From positions 186,001 through 250,000 of the IMG/VR virus record IMGVR_UViG_3300035180_001778: a DNA stretch of 64,000 nt; one strand, 5' to 3'. How positions within the stretch are numbered: the stretch's first letter is position 1; each line of letters starts with the position of its first letter. Position numbers and translations under genes: made by a program. Below, one piece after another: positions 9,757-18,425 of this stretch. A model generated the notes under the pieces. The model worked only from the letters and a program-made list of their open reading frames with translations, was not told where the DNA came from and did no database searches.

Positions 9757-10481
9757 TCGATGGGTTCTCCCCCAGGTCCGAGAAGGTCTGTCTGCTTGAC
9801 GAGGAAGAGATCCTTGGGACAGGCGAAGAGACGCATCCGTGCGCCCTTGTCCATCTTGTAGGTGGTCTTCCTCATCAAGCTACCGCACCGAGGGCAGAGA
9901 GGCTTCTGGCTGTTGTGCTCCTCGCTCGTCACCCGATACTGCCGGTTCTGCGAGACCCAGTACGCCGCGGTTTTGGTGGCGTGTTGCTGAATCCGAAGCT
10001 CCACAAGAGTTGAGGCGACGGTGTAGAACTTCTGCACCTCACTCTGTAGAACGGCGTCCGAGACCGAGGAGCCGTACTTCTTCCACAGCTCGTCGTAAGC
10101 CAAAACGTCGCTCGCCTTGCGAGCCCAGAGCTGCGCGAGGTTCCGATGGAAATCGGGAGGGACCTCCAGCGTGCGCCAGGTCCCAGCGGAGGCTTGCTTT
10201 TGGGTGTCGTACGAGGAGTACGACTGGTCGAGCGTCGGAGGAAGATACACGGACAGACGAGGGTCGACCCGAACGATGTCGTCTGGAAACATCCTGTCCA
10301 CACCATACGGCCACTGGACATCAAGCACCCCAAGACCAGGATGAACATGCGTCACTCGTCCCATAAACGGAGACAAGGAGAGCCCACCTAGCCCAGGAAC
10401 AAATCGTTGTACCGTGTCGCCGACACGGTAGTCTTTTGTGAGACTCCAATAGTCGATGCTCACGTCAACATCCCCCGCCAC
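9750..10481 (-). CDS. Hypothetical virion protein with C-terminal zinc ribbon
   Basis: CPRC...CPKD motif; KQAS and KTAA motifs. Confidence 0.6.
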   Translation of the reverse strand: MAGDVDVSIDYWSLTKDYRVGDTVQRFVPGLGGLSLSPFMGRVTHVHPGLGVLDVQWPYGVDRMFPDDIVRVDPRLSVYLPPTLDQSYSSYDTQKQASAGTWRTLEVPPDFHRNLAQLWARKASDVLAYDELWKKYGSSVSDAVLQSEVQKFYTVASTLVELRIQQHATKTAAYWVSQNRQYRVTSEEHNSQKPLCPRCGSLMRKTTYKMDKGARMRLFACPKDLFLVKQTDLLGPGGEPIEW

Positions 10482-10900
10482 TTCATCAGATAAGCGGCTG
10501 CTTGTTCCAACAGATGAGGGTCGTCCGAGCTGGCCCCCAAAACCCTATTGCACTTGCTGTGTATCAACCCTCGAACACAAGTGCCGCACGACTTAGGGCC
10601 GGCACAACAATTGTGGTCATGGTCGACGGCCACTGACATGGGGTGCTTCCCATTTGGAAGCATTGGGGTACTGCAAACAGCACAGAGACCACGTTGCTGA
10701 GCCCACATGGAGTTGAAGTCAATGGCGTACCTACCACGGTTCAGTAGAGATTGTGTGCTCTTGTGTGTCTTGACACATAGTTTGCACCAACTGTACCGGC
10801 CGTTTTGGTTGCGCGGCTCTTTGTAGAAATCGGACAGATCCTTGGGGTCTCCGCACTTCGTGCAGATTTTATCTTGCCCAATCTTCTGTCCGGTTTCCAC
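10460..10900 (-). CDS. HNH/endonuclease VII-like free-standing endonuclease
   Basis: CAVC, VDHDH and VRGLIHSKCNRVLG motifs; N-terminal CTKC/CKLC; visibly AT-richer than its neighbours. Confidence 0.8.
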   Translation of the reverse strand: METGQKIGQDKICTKCGDPKDLSDFYKEPRNQNGRYSWCKLCVKTHKSTQSLLNRGRYAIDFNSMWAQQRGLCAVCSTPMLPNGKHPMSVAVDHDHNCCAGPKSCGTCVRGLIHSKCNRVLGASSDDPHLLEQAAAYLMKWRGMLT

Positions 10901-10905
10901 GAGGA

Positions 10906-11283
10906 TCAGTGACCCTGTGCGAGAGGCCGACCGTTCTCCGCCTTGCCGTGGATCACAGCCGACGACTGGTCATCCCCGTAGGCCTTCATGTACGGCTCGT
11001 CGGACTCCGTCTGAATGGGGTACATGGGGTTCTTGAACGTCCCCATGTACCCCTCATCGGGCTCCTTCTGGATCACCTCCGCCTGGCGGGCGGTGAACGA
11101 CTCCTTGCCGAAGGAGTCGATCTCGACACGATCGGCCACCGTGTCGAGATCGTTGACCATCCCCTTGGCATCCTCGAAGGAGAACCCGAAGTCGGCGTAC
11201 TTCTCCTGTATGGTCTTGGCGAGGACGTCGAGACGCCCGAGGATACGGCTGGCGTCCTTGGACGCGAACTTCATGTTGCTCAT
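10906..11283 (-). CDS. Hypothetical virion protein
   Basis: GGAGA Shine-Dalgarno; KFAS and RQAE motifs. Confidence 0.6.
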   Translation of the reverse strand: MSNMKFASKDASRILGRLDVLAKTIQEKYADFGFSFEDAKGMVNDLDTVADRVEIDSFGKESFTARQAEVIQKEPDEGYMGTFKNPMYPIQTESDEPYMKAYGDDQSSAVIHGKAENGRPLAQGH

Positions 11284-11340
11284 TGAGAATTCTCCGGGGG
11301 TGGAAGGGGGTCGCTCAGAGGATCTGAGCGACTCAGGCCC

Positions 11341-14310
11341 TCAGCCGAGGTTCTTGATGGTCTGGAGAATCGGCCGGATGTGGGGACGCATCGCCGGGTT
11401 CTTCGTGGCGAAGTCGATGATCGACGCCTTCAGAGCACGGTAGGAGGCAGCCTGCTTCTGCTGTTCCTGACCCTGGTCCTTGTCGTCCTTCTTCTCGTCC
11501 TTCTTGTCGTCCCCCTTGCCCTTCATGTGCTCAAGGAACTGGGGAGGCACCTGTCCACCCTGCTTCTGCTGTTCCTGGGACTGCTGAGCCTTCTCCTGTT
11601 GCTCTTCCTGAGCAACCTTGTCCGCGAGGACGATGAAGTCGTACGCGGCGGAGGGGTTGGTGTATGCCATTTCGGCGGCCTGCTTGCGGATTACGGCGGA
11701 TGCGCTCATGGGTTCTTCTCCTGTAGCAACATAAACGGATCCGTGAGCAGCGGCTTCATGGACCGTCAACAGCGTTTCGTCTTCGGACTTCCCAGCCAAC
11801 CGAGCGAGAAGGGAATTGTACGTCTTGTGGTCGAAACCCGCAGAGTACCTCCCGTCTTCGAGCGTTTGAATGGCGAGGTCAAGAGCGGCCCGTAGCTGGG
11901 TGTCCCGCTCAATTCCCTCCACAGACTTCGACAACACAGGGGCCTTGAGCCACTCCCTTGCCGATTTGAGGACCTTCGTGTAGTCCTTCTCCCCAAGGTC
12001 ACGATCGTGGACTTGATTCCACTTCGTATAGGGGGCGAAGCCCTCATGCCCCTTCGGGTAGGGGGCAACCCCCCAATAGACAGCCTGGCGGTTCTGAGGA
12101 CCCATCGACTTGCACCCTGAATAAGAAGAAAACGAGGCTGTCACCTGGCGATTTTGCTCGTCCCAGAGCCGTTCCCGCTCCTCTTCCTGGTCCTCACCCC
12201 CCAAACCATACCGGACCGGCTTCGCCGGGGGCTCAGGGAGTTCAGGTTCCGGAGGCAGCTCAGGAGCTTCAGGCAAGTCCAGATCCGGCGGAGGCTTCGG
12301 AGCCACGGGGGGCTTCGGCGGTTCCATGCCCTCTGTGGGGGACTCGCGATAGTCCCCCACAGAGGGCATGGCTTCTTGCACGAGCTTCTGGTACTTGACC
12401 TTCTCCTTGACGTACTTTCGGTACTCCTTGTCGAACGCCTTTGCCTGCTCCTTGTACTCGTCGATGGTCCCCTCATGCTTCGAGCGGAGCTTCTCGATGA
12501 TCTTGTCGTGCTTGTCGATGACCTTCTGAACAACCTTCTCGTACCGATCCATGGTCCGCGTCACGAGCTTCTCATGACGGGCAGTCTCAGAATCGAAGAG
12601 CTGGCGCTCGTACTTGTCGACATGGTTCCGAACGAAGGGGTACTTCTCCGGGTTGAGAGTCTGAACATGCTTCAGAATTCGGGTCCGAAATGCCCCCGCC
12701 GGATCCTGAGTAATAGCCGTTGGCGGGTATAGCCGAGAGCGATCCATGAGGAACCGGCTGCCGTCGACCACCCCACGAGCAATGTCCGTAGGCCCCTGAT
12801 GCTCCGAGATGTGCTCAGGAGAGGAGGGGTCTAGAAAACGAGCACGAGCCGTCTGGTAGTCGCGAGCCTGGAAGTAGGAGACCGCAAGACGCTCGGCTGC
12901 CGGGTTGCTCTTCGTGAACTCCAGGACGTTCTTGATCGTCCCGGGGGCGATCTTCTCATCCTTGCCTTCCGTCAGAACCTTCTGGAATACCTTCGCGGCC
13001 AGCTCCTTCGACTGGGCGTTGTCCTTCTCAGGGTCGACCTGCTCGCCTTCCTTCGGCGGCTTCTGCTGTAGAAGGAAGGCAGAGAGGAAGTCGGCCAACG
13101 CCGGGGGAGCCCCCAACGTGCGGGTGAGCGACCGGGTCACCTGGTCATGCGCAGCAAGGCTCAAAGCCACCGTTCGATTTCGGTGTTGAGCCCCAGCTTC
13201 AGCCTGCTCTTCAGGTGAAAGCTCGGTGAACGGGATCTCATTTCCAGCCTGGTCCTTCCCTGTCTTCGGAAGAGGGACCTTCGTGGGATCCGGCTGAAAC
13301 CAATGTTGGGCCTTCCCAACCAGCTTCTCCGCCGCCTTTGCCCCCATGTCACCCGAGCGGGCAGCGTGGTAGGTCGCAAGGATATCCGCCACATCATCCG
13401 GATGGAGGTTCGCATCGAGCAAGCCCTCCCGCATGGCACCGCGGGGAAGGTTTTCGAGAATGGCTGACTTCGCAGCCATTTGCTCCCACTCTTCCGCTTG
13501 ACGCCTCTTCGGCTCAGGGGTCTTGCCCTTTTCCTTCGGAGCCTCTTCAGGGGCCTTCTCAGGCTCTTTCTCGTCTTCCTTGGGCTCCTCGTTGCCCTCA
13601 TCAGGTTCCGGAGGCGTACCAGGGTCTTCCCCCTTCGGAGCCTCGTCAGGGACCTTCTCAGCTTCCGGGGCCTTGGGACTCTCGGGGTCTTTGGGCGCTT
13701 CTTGAGTCTTGGGGGGGTTCTTCTTCCCCTGGTTCAGGACCTTGACGAGCTGCCCAAGCGTCTTGACGCCTTCAGGAAGAGGGCGCCCCCGCATCATGAT
13801 CTCGGCGGGCAGATTGGGAGTGCTCTTCGCCACGTACCCGCCACCTTGCGAGGTCGGGTTGAGCAGGTCCTTGAAGACAGACGCCAGCTCGGGATCCGCC
13901 TTCGAGGCGTCCCATAGCTTCTTGCCCTGTGCGTAGGATTCGTGATCCTCGGGCGCCCATGCCGGTCCCGAGTCCCCCTCTTCGGGCAAGGAGTACTCGT
14001 CGGAGCGTTGCTTCAACGTCTCCGGCTTGATGTAGGTGGTCTCCCCTGTCTCCTTGCGGACAACCTTGACTTTCCCGTTGTCCTTCGCGGCTTCGAGGAA
14101 GCGATCGAGGATACGGCCCCCCAAAGAACCCTTGTAGTTGAGTGACAAGTCCTTGTCGGACTCCTTCAAGTCAGGGTCGGCTTCAGGACGCATGTCTTCC
14201 CGACGACGATCCCGCCGAGGAGGCTTGATCTTCGGGGCGGGACGGACAAGGCGCTCAGCCTCTTCCTCTTCCCGCTCATGCGTATCCTTCGTCGCCCAAT
14301 GCAACATCAC
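11341..14310 (-). CDS. Large multi-segment virion protein with Pro/Glu-rich linkers; possible internal starts
   Basis: 989-aa ORF; the internal ATG at 11709 has an AGGAGA Shine-Dalgarno. Confidence 0.65.
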   Translation of the reverse strand: MMLHWATKDTHEREEEEAERLVRPAPKIKPPRRDRRREDMRPEADPDLKESDKDLSLNYKGSLGGRILDRFLEAAKDNGKVKVVRKETGETTYIKPETLKQRSDEYSLPEEGDSGPAWAPEDHESYAQGKKLWDASKADPELASVFKDLLNPTSQGGGYVAKSTPNLPAEIMMRGRPLPEGVKTLGQLVKVLNQGKKNPPKTQEAPKDPESPKAPEAEKVPDEAPKGEDPGTPPEPDEGNEEPKEDEKEPEKAPEEAPKEKGKTPEPKRRQAEEWEQMAAKSAILENLPRGAMREGLLDANLHPDDVADILATYHAARSGDMGAKAAEKLVGKAQHWFQPDPTKVPLPKTGKDQAGNEIPFTELSPEEQAEAGAQHRNRTVALSLAAHDQVTRSLTRTLGAPPALADFLSAFLLQQKPPKEGEQVDPEKDNAQSKELAAKVFQKVLTEGKDEKIAPGTIKNVLEFTKSNPAAERLAVSYFQARDYQTARARFLDPSSPEHISEHQGPTDIARGVVDGSRFLMDRSRLYPPTAITQDPAGAFRTRILKHVQTLNPEKYPFVRNHVDKYERQLFDSETARHEKLVTRTMDRYEKVVQKVIDKHDKIIEKLRSKHEGTIDEYKEQAKAFDKEYRKYVKEKVKYQKLVQEAMPSVGDYRESPTEGMEPPKPPVAPKPPPDLDLPEAPELPPEPELPEPPAKPVRYGLGGEDQEEERERLWDEQNRQVTASFSSYSGCKSMGPQNRQAVYWGVAPYPKGHEGFAPYTKWNQVHDRDLGEKDYTKVLKSAREWLKAPVLSKSVEGIERDTQLRAALDLAIQTLEDGRYSAGFDHKTYNSLLARLAGKSEDETLLTVHEAAAHGSVYVATGEEPMSASAVIRKQAAEMAYTNPSAAYDFIVLADKVAQEEQQEKAQQSQEQQKQGGQVPPQFLEHMKGKGDDKKDEKKDDKDQGQEQQKQAASYRALKASIIDFATKNPAMRPHIRPILQTIKNLG

Positions 14311-14337
14311 CAGACATGCCTGATAGAAGGATACACG

Positions 14338-16176
14338 TCAACCAAATCGATCCTCACCCTCAGCTTCAGGCGCAGCCGTCATCTTGAGCTTGAGGTAGGT
14401 GGCGATCTTCTCCGCGACGTCCGTCGAGTCCGCCAGCTTTTGACCCACCGCACCGTAGATGCCGCGCATGACCTCGTTGAAGGTCGCGTCGTTGGTGGTG
14501 AACATGTCCTTCTCGATCTTGAGCTTGGTGTCGTTCGGGTCGATGTTGAACATTTCCAGGATGACGTCGATCGAAATCGAGCCCTTTTGATAGAGGTTGA
14601 AGAGTGCGTCGTACGTGTCTTGGCTGTCCCGAAGCGGAAGGCGGGTGAACGACAGACGAGGGTAGAGCACGACCTCTTCGCCCCATTCGTCCTTCTCGAC
14701 GAAGCCCATGCGACGGGCAACAGGCTTGAATAGGTACTCCTCGACGTACTCCTGAAGGATCTCCCGAAGGAACAAGTAGCGGGTGTTGATGACCTCCAGC
14801 TTGAGGCGGTCCCCCGAGTAGAGAGACTCCCCCGAGAGGAGCGATTCCGTGACGCCAAGCCCCGCATGGAGCTGGCGATCCGTGATCTCGTACTCTCCCG
14901 AGAGGTCCAAGAGACGGTCCTTCGACCCCATCTCTTCCCAGTGGATCTCGTAGTTGGCCACGATCGAGTAGTCGGGGTCGACCAACGAAAGGTCGACCTG
15001 CTCGCGGAGCTGCTCGCAATCGTCATCCGAGATGTCTTCGGCCCACACGATACGCTTCGGGGTCATCGCCCGGCTGGCGATCTGCGTCTGAGCCTGGCGG
15101 AGCTTCTCTCGGTAGTAGAGGGTCCGGAGGCAGCGATCCAGGATGCTCGCCCCCAGCTCTTCCCCTGCTTGTTTGCGCCCCGTCAGGATGAACGCAAAGC
15201 TCCCCTCATCAGGGTCCGTTCCAAGAGGGATGAGGCGCCCATCCTCGATGTGCTCCCGAACCTCATCCGGAATGTCCGACGCCATTTCCTCAGCGTCAGG
15301 GTCACCCATGCGAGCTTGCTCGACGATGGCCCGATCACGATCCGACGGGATCAGCTCCACACGAAAGCGATCAGAGAACGACCACGCCGTGACTCGGATC
15401 TGATCGACGGGGACGACGATCAGCCGGTCCCACCCCTTGTAGTTCTTCTGGTAGTGCGCGAGTTCCTGCTCTTCACGATCAGGCCGCTCGACCCAGATGT
15501 CTTCCTTCGTTTCGATCGGGTTGCCTTCGTCATCAATCGAGCTTCGAAGCTCGACTTGACGGTCATACCCAATTTCAGACGGCACCTGGACATCGGAGTC
15601 CTCAGCGAAGATGCAGCATGTCCCGTCGAGCCAGTAGTGGTGGACAGCCGTGATGAGCCGCTGGAAGAGCTTCACCTTCTTGCACATCTTCTCGAAGCGC
15701 GAGAGGATGTACTTGCCGTAGTCCTCGGGGCTCTTGAAACCCTTCGGGGTCGTGGTGGGCTTCGGAGTCGCCAGACGAACCTTCGAGAGGGGAAGCTCCG
15801 TGTGCAGGTCGATTGCCTGCCCCACGATCGGATCCGAGTTGTAGAAGTGCTTGTATATCTCCCGCTTCTCTTGGATCGACTGAGGAAGCTCCAGGAAGTC
15901 CGTGGACATCTGGACGGAGAAAGTCTGCTGTGCCCCAGCTTGGACCGTGTTGGAGCCCCCGATGTTGTCCACCGAGAACGCGCCATTCATCGCCGCGGTG
16001 CGGTTGTTTTGACGAAGGGCACGTTGCTGCCGCCGGGCTTCACGCTCGTTGGGGGTGAGGGGGGTTCGACCCCCACCTTCACCCTGCGCAATATGCGGAG
16101 TCGTATGCCGTCGATTTTGCGACGGCATCGAAGTGAAGCGAGTGGTGGCGTTGGAAATTCTACCGCGGGCGGGCAT
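14338..16176 (-). CDS. Portal protein
   Basis: FYNSDPIVGQAIDLHTELPLS and GASILDRC motifs; about 610 aa; located between terminase and protease. Confidence 0.8.
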   Translation of the reverse strand: MPARGRISNATTRFTSMPSQNRRHTTPHIAQGEGGGRTPLTPNEREARRQQRALRQNNRTAAMNGAFSVDNIGGSNTVQAGAQQTFSVQMSTDFLELPQSIQEKREIYKHFYNSDPIVGQAIDLHTELPLSKVRLATPKPTTTPKGFKSPEDYGKYILSRFEKMCKKVKLFQRLITAVHHYWLDGTCCIFAEDSDVQVPSEIGYDRQVELRSSIDDEGNPIETKEDIWVERPDREEQELAHYQKNYKGWDRLIVVPVDQIRVTAWSFSDRFRVELIPSDRDRAIVEQARMGDPDAEEMASDIPDEVREHIEDGRLIPLGTDPDEGSFAFILTGRKQAGEELGASILDRCLRTLYYREKLRQAQTQIASRAMTPKRIVWAEDISDDDCEQLREQVDLSLVDPDYSIVANYEIHWEEMGSKDRLLDLSGEYEITDRQLHAGLGVTESLLSGESLYSGDRLKLEVINTRYLFLREILQEYVEEYLFKPVARRMGFVEKDEWGEEVVLYPRLSFTRLPLRDSQDTYDALFNLYQKGSISIDVILEMFNIDPNDTKLKIEKDMFTTNDATFNEVMRGIYGAVGQKLADSTDVAEKIATYLKLKMTAAPEAEGEDRFG

Positions 16177-16585
16177 CGTTCACGACCTCCCCACCATAGA
16201 GGGACACAAGGTCTTCCATCGGATCATCGTCCTCGAACTCCGGGGCCAAGACTGGAAGAACAGCGGGTCGTTCCCTCTTGGGGGTCTCTTCGAGGTCGGG
16301 GGTGGTGTGCCGAGTGAAGACCCGATCGGTGCGTGCCATTCGCTGCACGCCATTCCGAAGAGAGCTGGACATCCTCGCCCACGAGTTCGCGAACACGATG
16401 TAGGGAACCGTATCCTTCGGCTCCTCTTGCCCGGGTAGGGCAAGCTTCCGACGGCGAGCCCTGCTGTAGAGGGACAGGGACAACTCCGAGATCCGCATGG
16501 TGTGCTGCTCGATTCCACTCTGAAGGGTTCGGATCTCGCGAACAATCTCCTCGGGAGCCATACGAGCGGGATTTTGGTGCGGCAT
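16160..16585 (-). CDS. Hypothetical protein
   Basis: Fills the gap between the paralog cluster and the portal gene. Confidence 0.5.
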   Translation of the reverse strand: MPHQNPARMAPEEIVREIRTLQSGIEQHTMRISELSLSLYSRARRRKLALPGQEEPKDTVPYIVFANSWARMSSSLRNGVQRMARTDRVFTRHTTPDLEETPKRERPAVLPVLAPEFEDDDPMEDLVSLYGGEVVNDARPR

Positions 16586-16591
16586 CGAAAC

Positions 16592-17125
16592 TCACATGCT
16601 CGTCTGAATGCCGAGCTGGAATTGGTTGTTGACCTTCGGAACTTGAACCACGAATCCCGTGAAGAAGCAGGGGGCCAGAGGGTCGGAAGACAGCGTCAGC
16701 TCATCCTCGTTCGTCCAGTACCCTCGAAGGGACAAGTACAAGATGTCGTGCGGCATGTAGACGATGGGAACGAGTGGGCCCATCAATCGACTTGCATACG
16801 TGTACTTTTCATAAGCAAGAGTCGAGATGAGCCCACGGCCCACCATCATCACAGCCGTCGAGTAGACGAGCTGTTGCTGGGTCATGGCTGTGTAGCGATC
16901 CGCCTGCTCATCGGACCCCCAAATGAGAATCCCTCCGTACAGACCCTTGGAATACGTGACGACGCGCTCATCCGTATCCGAGTCCACCCACTGTACACCT
17001 TGACCCCCAACCCACCCGTTCGCGAGCATGGCAGGGTCCACGGTCACAGCGTAGGTATCCCCCTTGATGAAGATCGTGCAGTCACGACCCCGGATGATAT
17101 TGATCCCTCGGAAGTTGATGTCCAT
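16592..17125 (-). CDS. Virion protein, tandem paralog 3 (decoration-like)
   Basis: Start MDINFRG at 17125; shares GWxGGQ, WGSxE, EKYTYASR and SLRGYxT motifs with the next two genes. Confidence 0.7.
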   Translation of the reverse strand: MDINFRGINIIRGRDCTIFIKGDTYAVTVDPAMLANGWVGGQGVQWVDSDTDERVVTYSKGLYGGILIWGSDEQADRYTAMTQQQLVYSTAVMMVGRGLISTLAYEKYTYASRLMGPLVPIVYMPHDILYLSLRGYWTNEDELTLSSDPLAPCFFTGFVVQVPKVNNQFQLGIQTSM

Positions 17126-17127
17126 GG

Positions 17128-17643
17128 TCAGATCGAGGTTTGAACCGTCAAGTAGTTCTTGGTGATGAGGCTCGGAGCTTGAGCAACATACCCGATGAAG
17201 TAGTCGTTGGGAGCACGAGGGTCCCCAGAGAGCGTCCACTCGTCCTCGGGTGTGAAGTACCCTCGAAGCGAGAAGGTCAACCGCCCCCCTTCAACGTACA
17301 GGTTCTCGACAAGAGGGCCAGCCATTCGACTCGCGTATGTATACTTCTCGAAGGTGGAAGTCGAGATGATCCAGGTCCCCGAGCACAGGGTCGCGTATCT
17401 GTAGATCGACTGTTGACCCGTCATCGCCGTGAGCTGGTCGGCCGCCTCGTTCGACCCCCACAGCAAGAAGCCTCCGTAGGTCCCGTCCGAAAACGTGACC
17501 ATGAAGGTGTCGTCAGGGCTGTCTTTCCACGTTACGGCTTGTCCCCCAGGCCAGCCTTGAGAGGCCATCTGGGCGTCAACGACCACGGGATTGGCTGTGC
17601 CTGAAACGAGAACGATGACGTCACGAGTTCGTTCGATTTCCAT
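17128..17643 (-). CDS. Virion protein, tandem paralog 2
   Basis: Same shared motifs. Confidence 0.7.
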   Translation of the reverse strand: MEIERTRDVIVLVSGTANPVVVDAQMASQGWPGGQAVTWKDSPDDTFMVTFSDGTYGGFLLWGSNEAADQLTAMTGQQSIYRYATLCSGTWIISTSTFEKYTYASRMAGPLVENLYVEGGRLTFSLRGYFTPEDEWTLSGDPRAPNDYFIGYVAQAPSLITKNYLTVQTSI

Positions 17644-17649
17644 AGCCCC

Positions 17650-18171
17650 TCAGACGGACACCTGGAGTGTCATGTACTCGTTTCGAGCCGGAGTAGGGCG
17701 TTGGATCAGGAAGCCGATGTAGTAGTTGTTGGCTCCCCGCGGGTCCCCTGAGAGAGTCCACTCATCCTCGTTCGTCCAGTACCCCCGAAGCGAGAACACC
17801 ATCCGGTCGCTGGCGTGGTAATCAATGGGCACGTAAGGAGGGCCTGCCATGCGAGAGGCATAGGTGTACTTCTCGTAGGTTGTCGTCATGATGACCCAAC
17901 CCCCAGCTCCAACGACCACGAACTTGTACGCCGGCTGGTTCTGCGTCATGGCCGTGAACTTGTCCGAAGACTCGTCCGACCCCCAAAGCATGAACCCTGC
18001 GTAGAGCCCGTCCGAGTAGTCGACCGTCACCTCATCCTTGGCAGAGGAGATGTACTGAACCCCCTGTCCGCCCTTCCAGCCACCCACAGCCATACGGTCC
18101 GTGATCGTGACGGTGAATGTATCCCCCTTCGAGAGGATGTAGGAGTCTCGGGTACGAGGTAGCTCAGGCAT
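17650..18171 (-). CDS. Virion protein, tandem paralog 1
   Basis: Same shared motifs. Confidence 0.7.
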   Translation of the reverse strand: MPELPRTRDSYILSKGDTFTVTITDRMAVGGWKGGQGVQYISSAKDEVTVDYSDGLYAGFMLWGSDESSDKFTAMTQNQPAYKFVVVGAGGWVIMTTTYEKYTYASRMAGPPYVPIDYHASDRMVFSLRGYWTNEDEWTLSGDPRGANNYYIGFLIQRPTPARNEYMTLQVSV

Positions 18172-18425
18172 CAGATTTCCCTGTCCGATTCCTTCTCACG
18201 GTCGGGCATCTGCCCCCATTCGACGACAATGTCCTTGAGGATCCCCAGGTCCTTCGTCGACCCTTCCCCAATCTCACTCCACGACCCCCCTTTGGCTCGG
18301 AAGGCCGTCCGCATGGTGAGGTAGTCCTCGGGCTCTGCGATCATGTCCTCCGCCAGCATGTGATCAATCATCTGCCGGATGACACGATTCGCAAAGACAC
18401 GAGGGGGATCGGGGCGGTCGTTCAC
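18171..18425 (-). CDS. Hypothetical protein
   Basis: Coupled ORF between the terminase and the paralog cluster. Confidence 0.5.
   Translation of the reverse strand: MNDRPDPPRVFANRVIRQMIDHMLAEDMIAEPEDYLTMRTAFRAKGGSWSEIGEGSTKDLGILKDIVVEWGQMPDREKESDREI

Noticed and set aside
10460-10900. HNH genes (also 39647-40108) as intron-encoded endonucleases
   Set aside because: The flanking genes appear complete and translationally coupled, with no room for an intron core. They are treated as free-standing.
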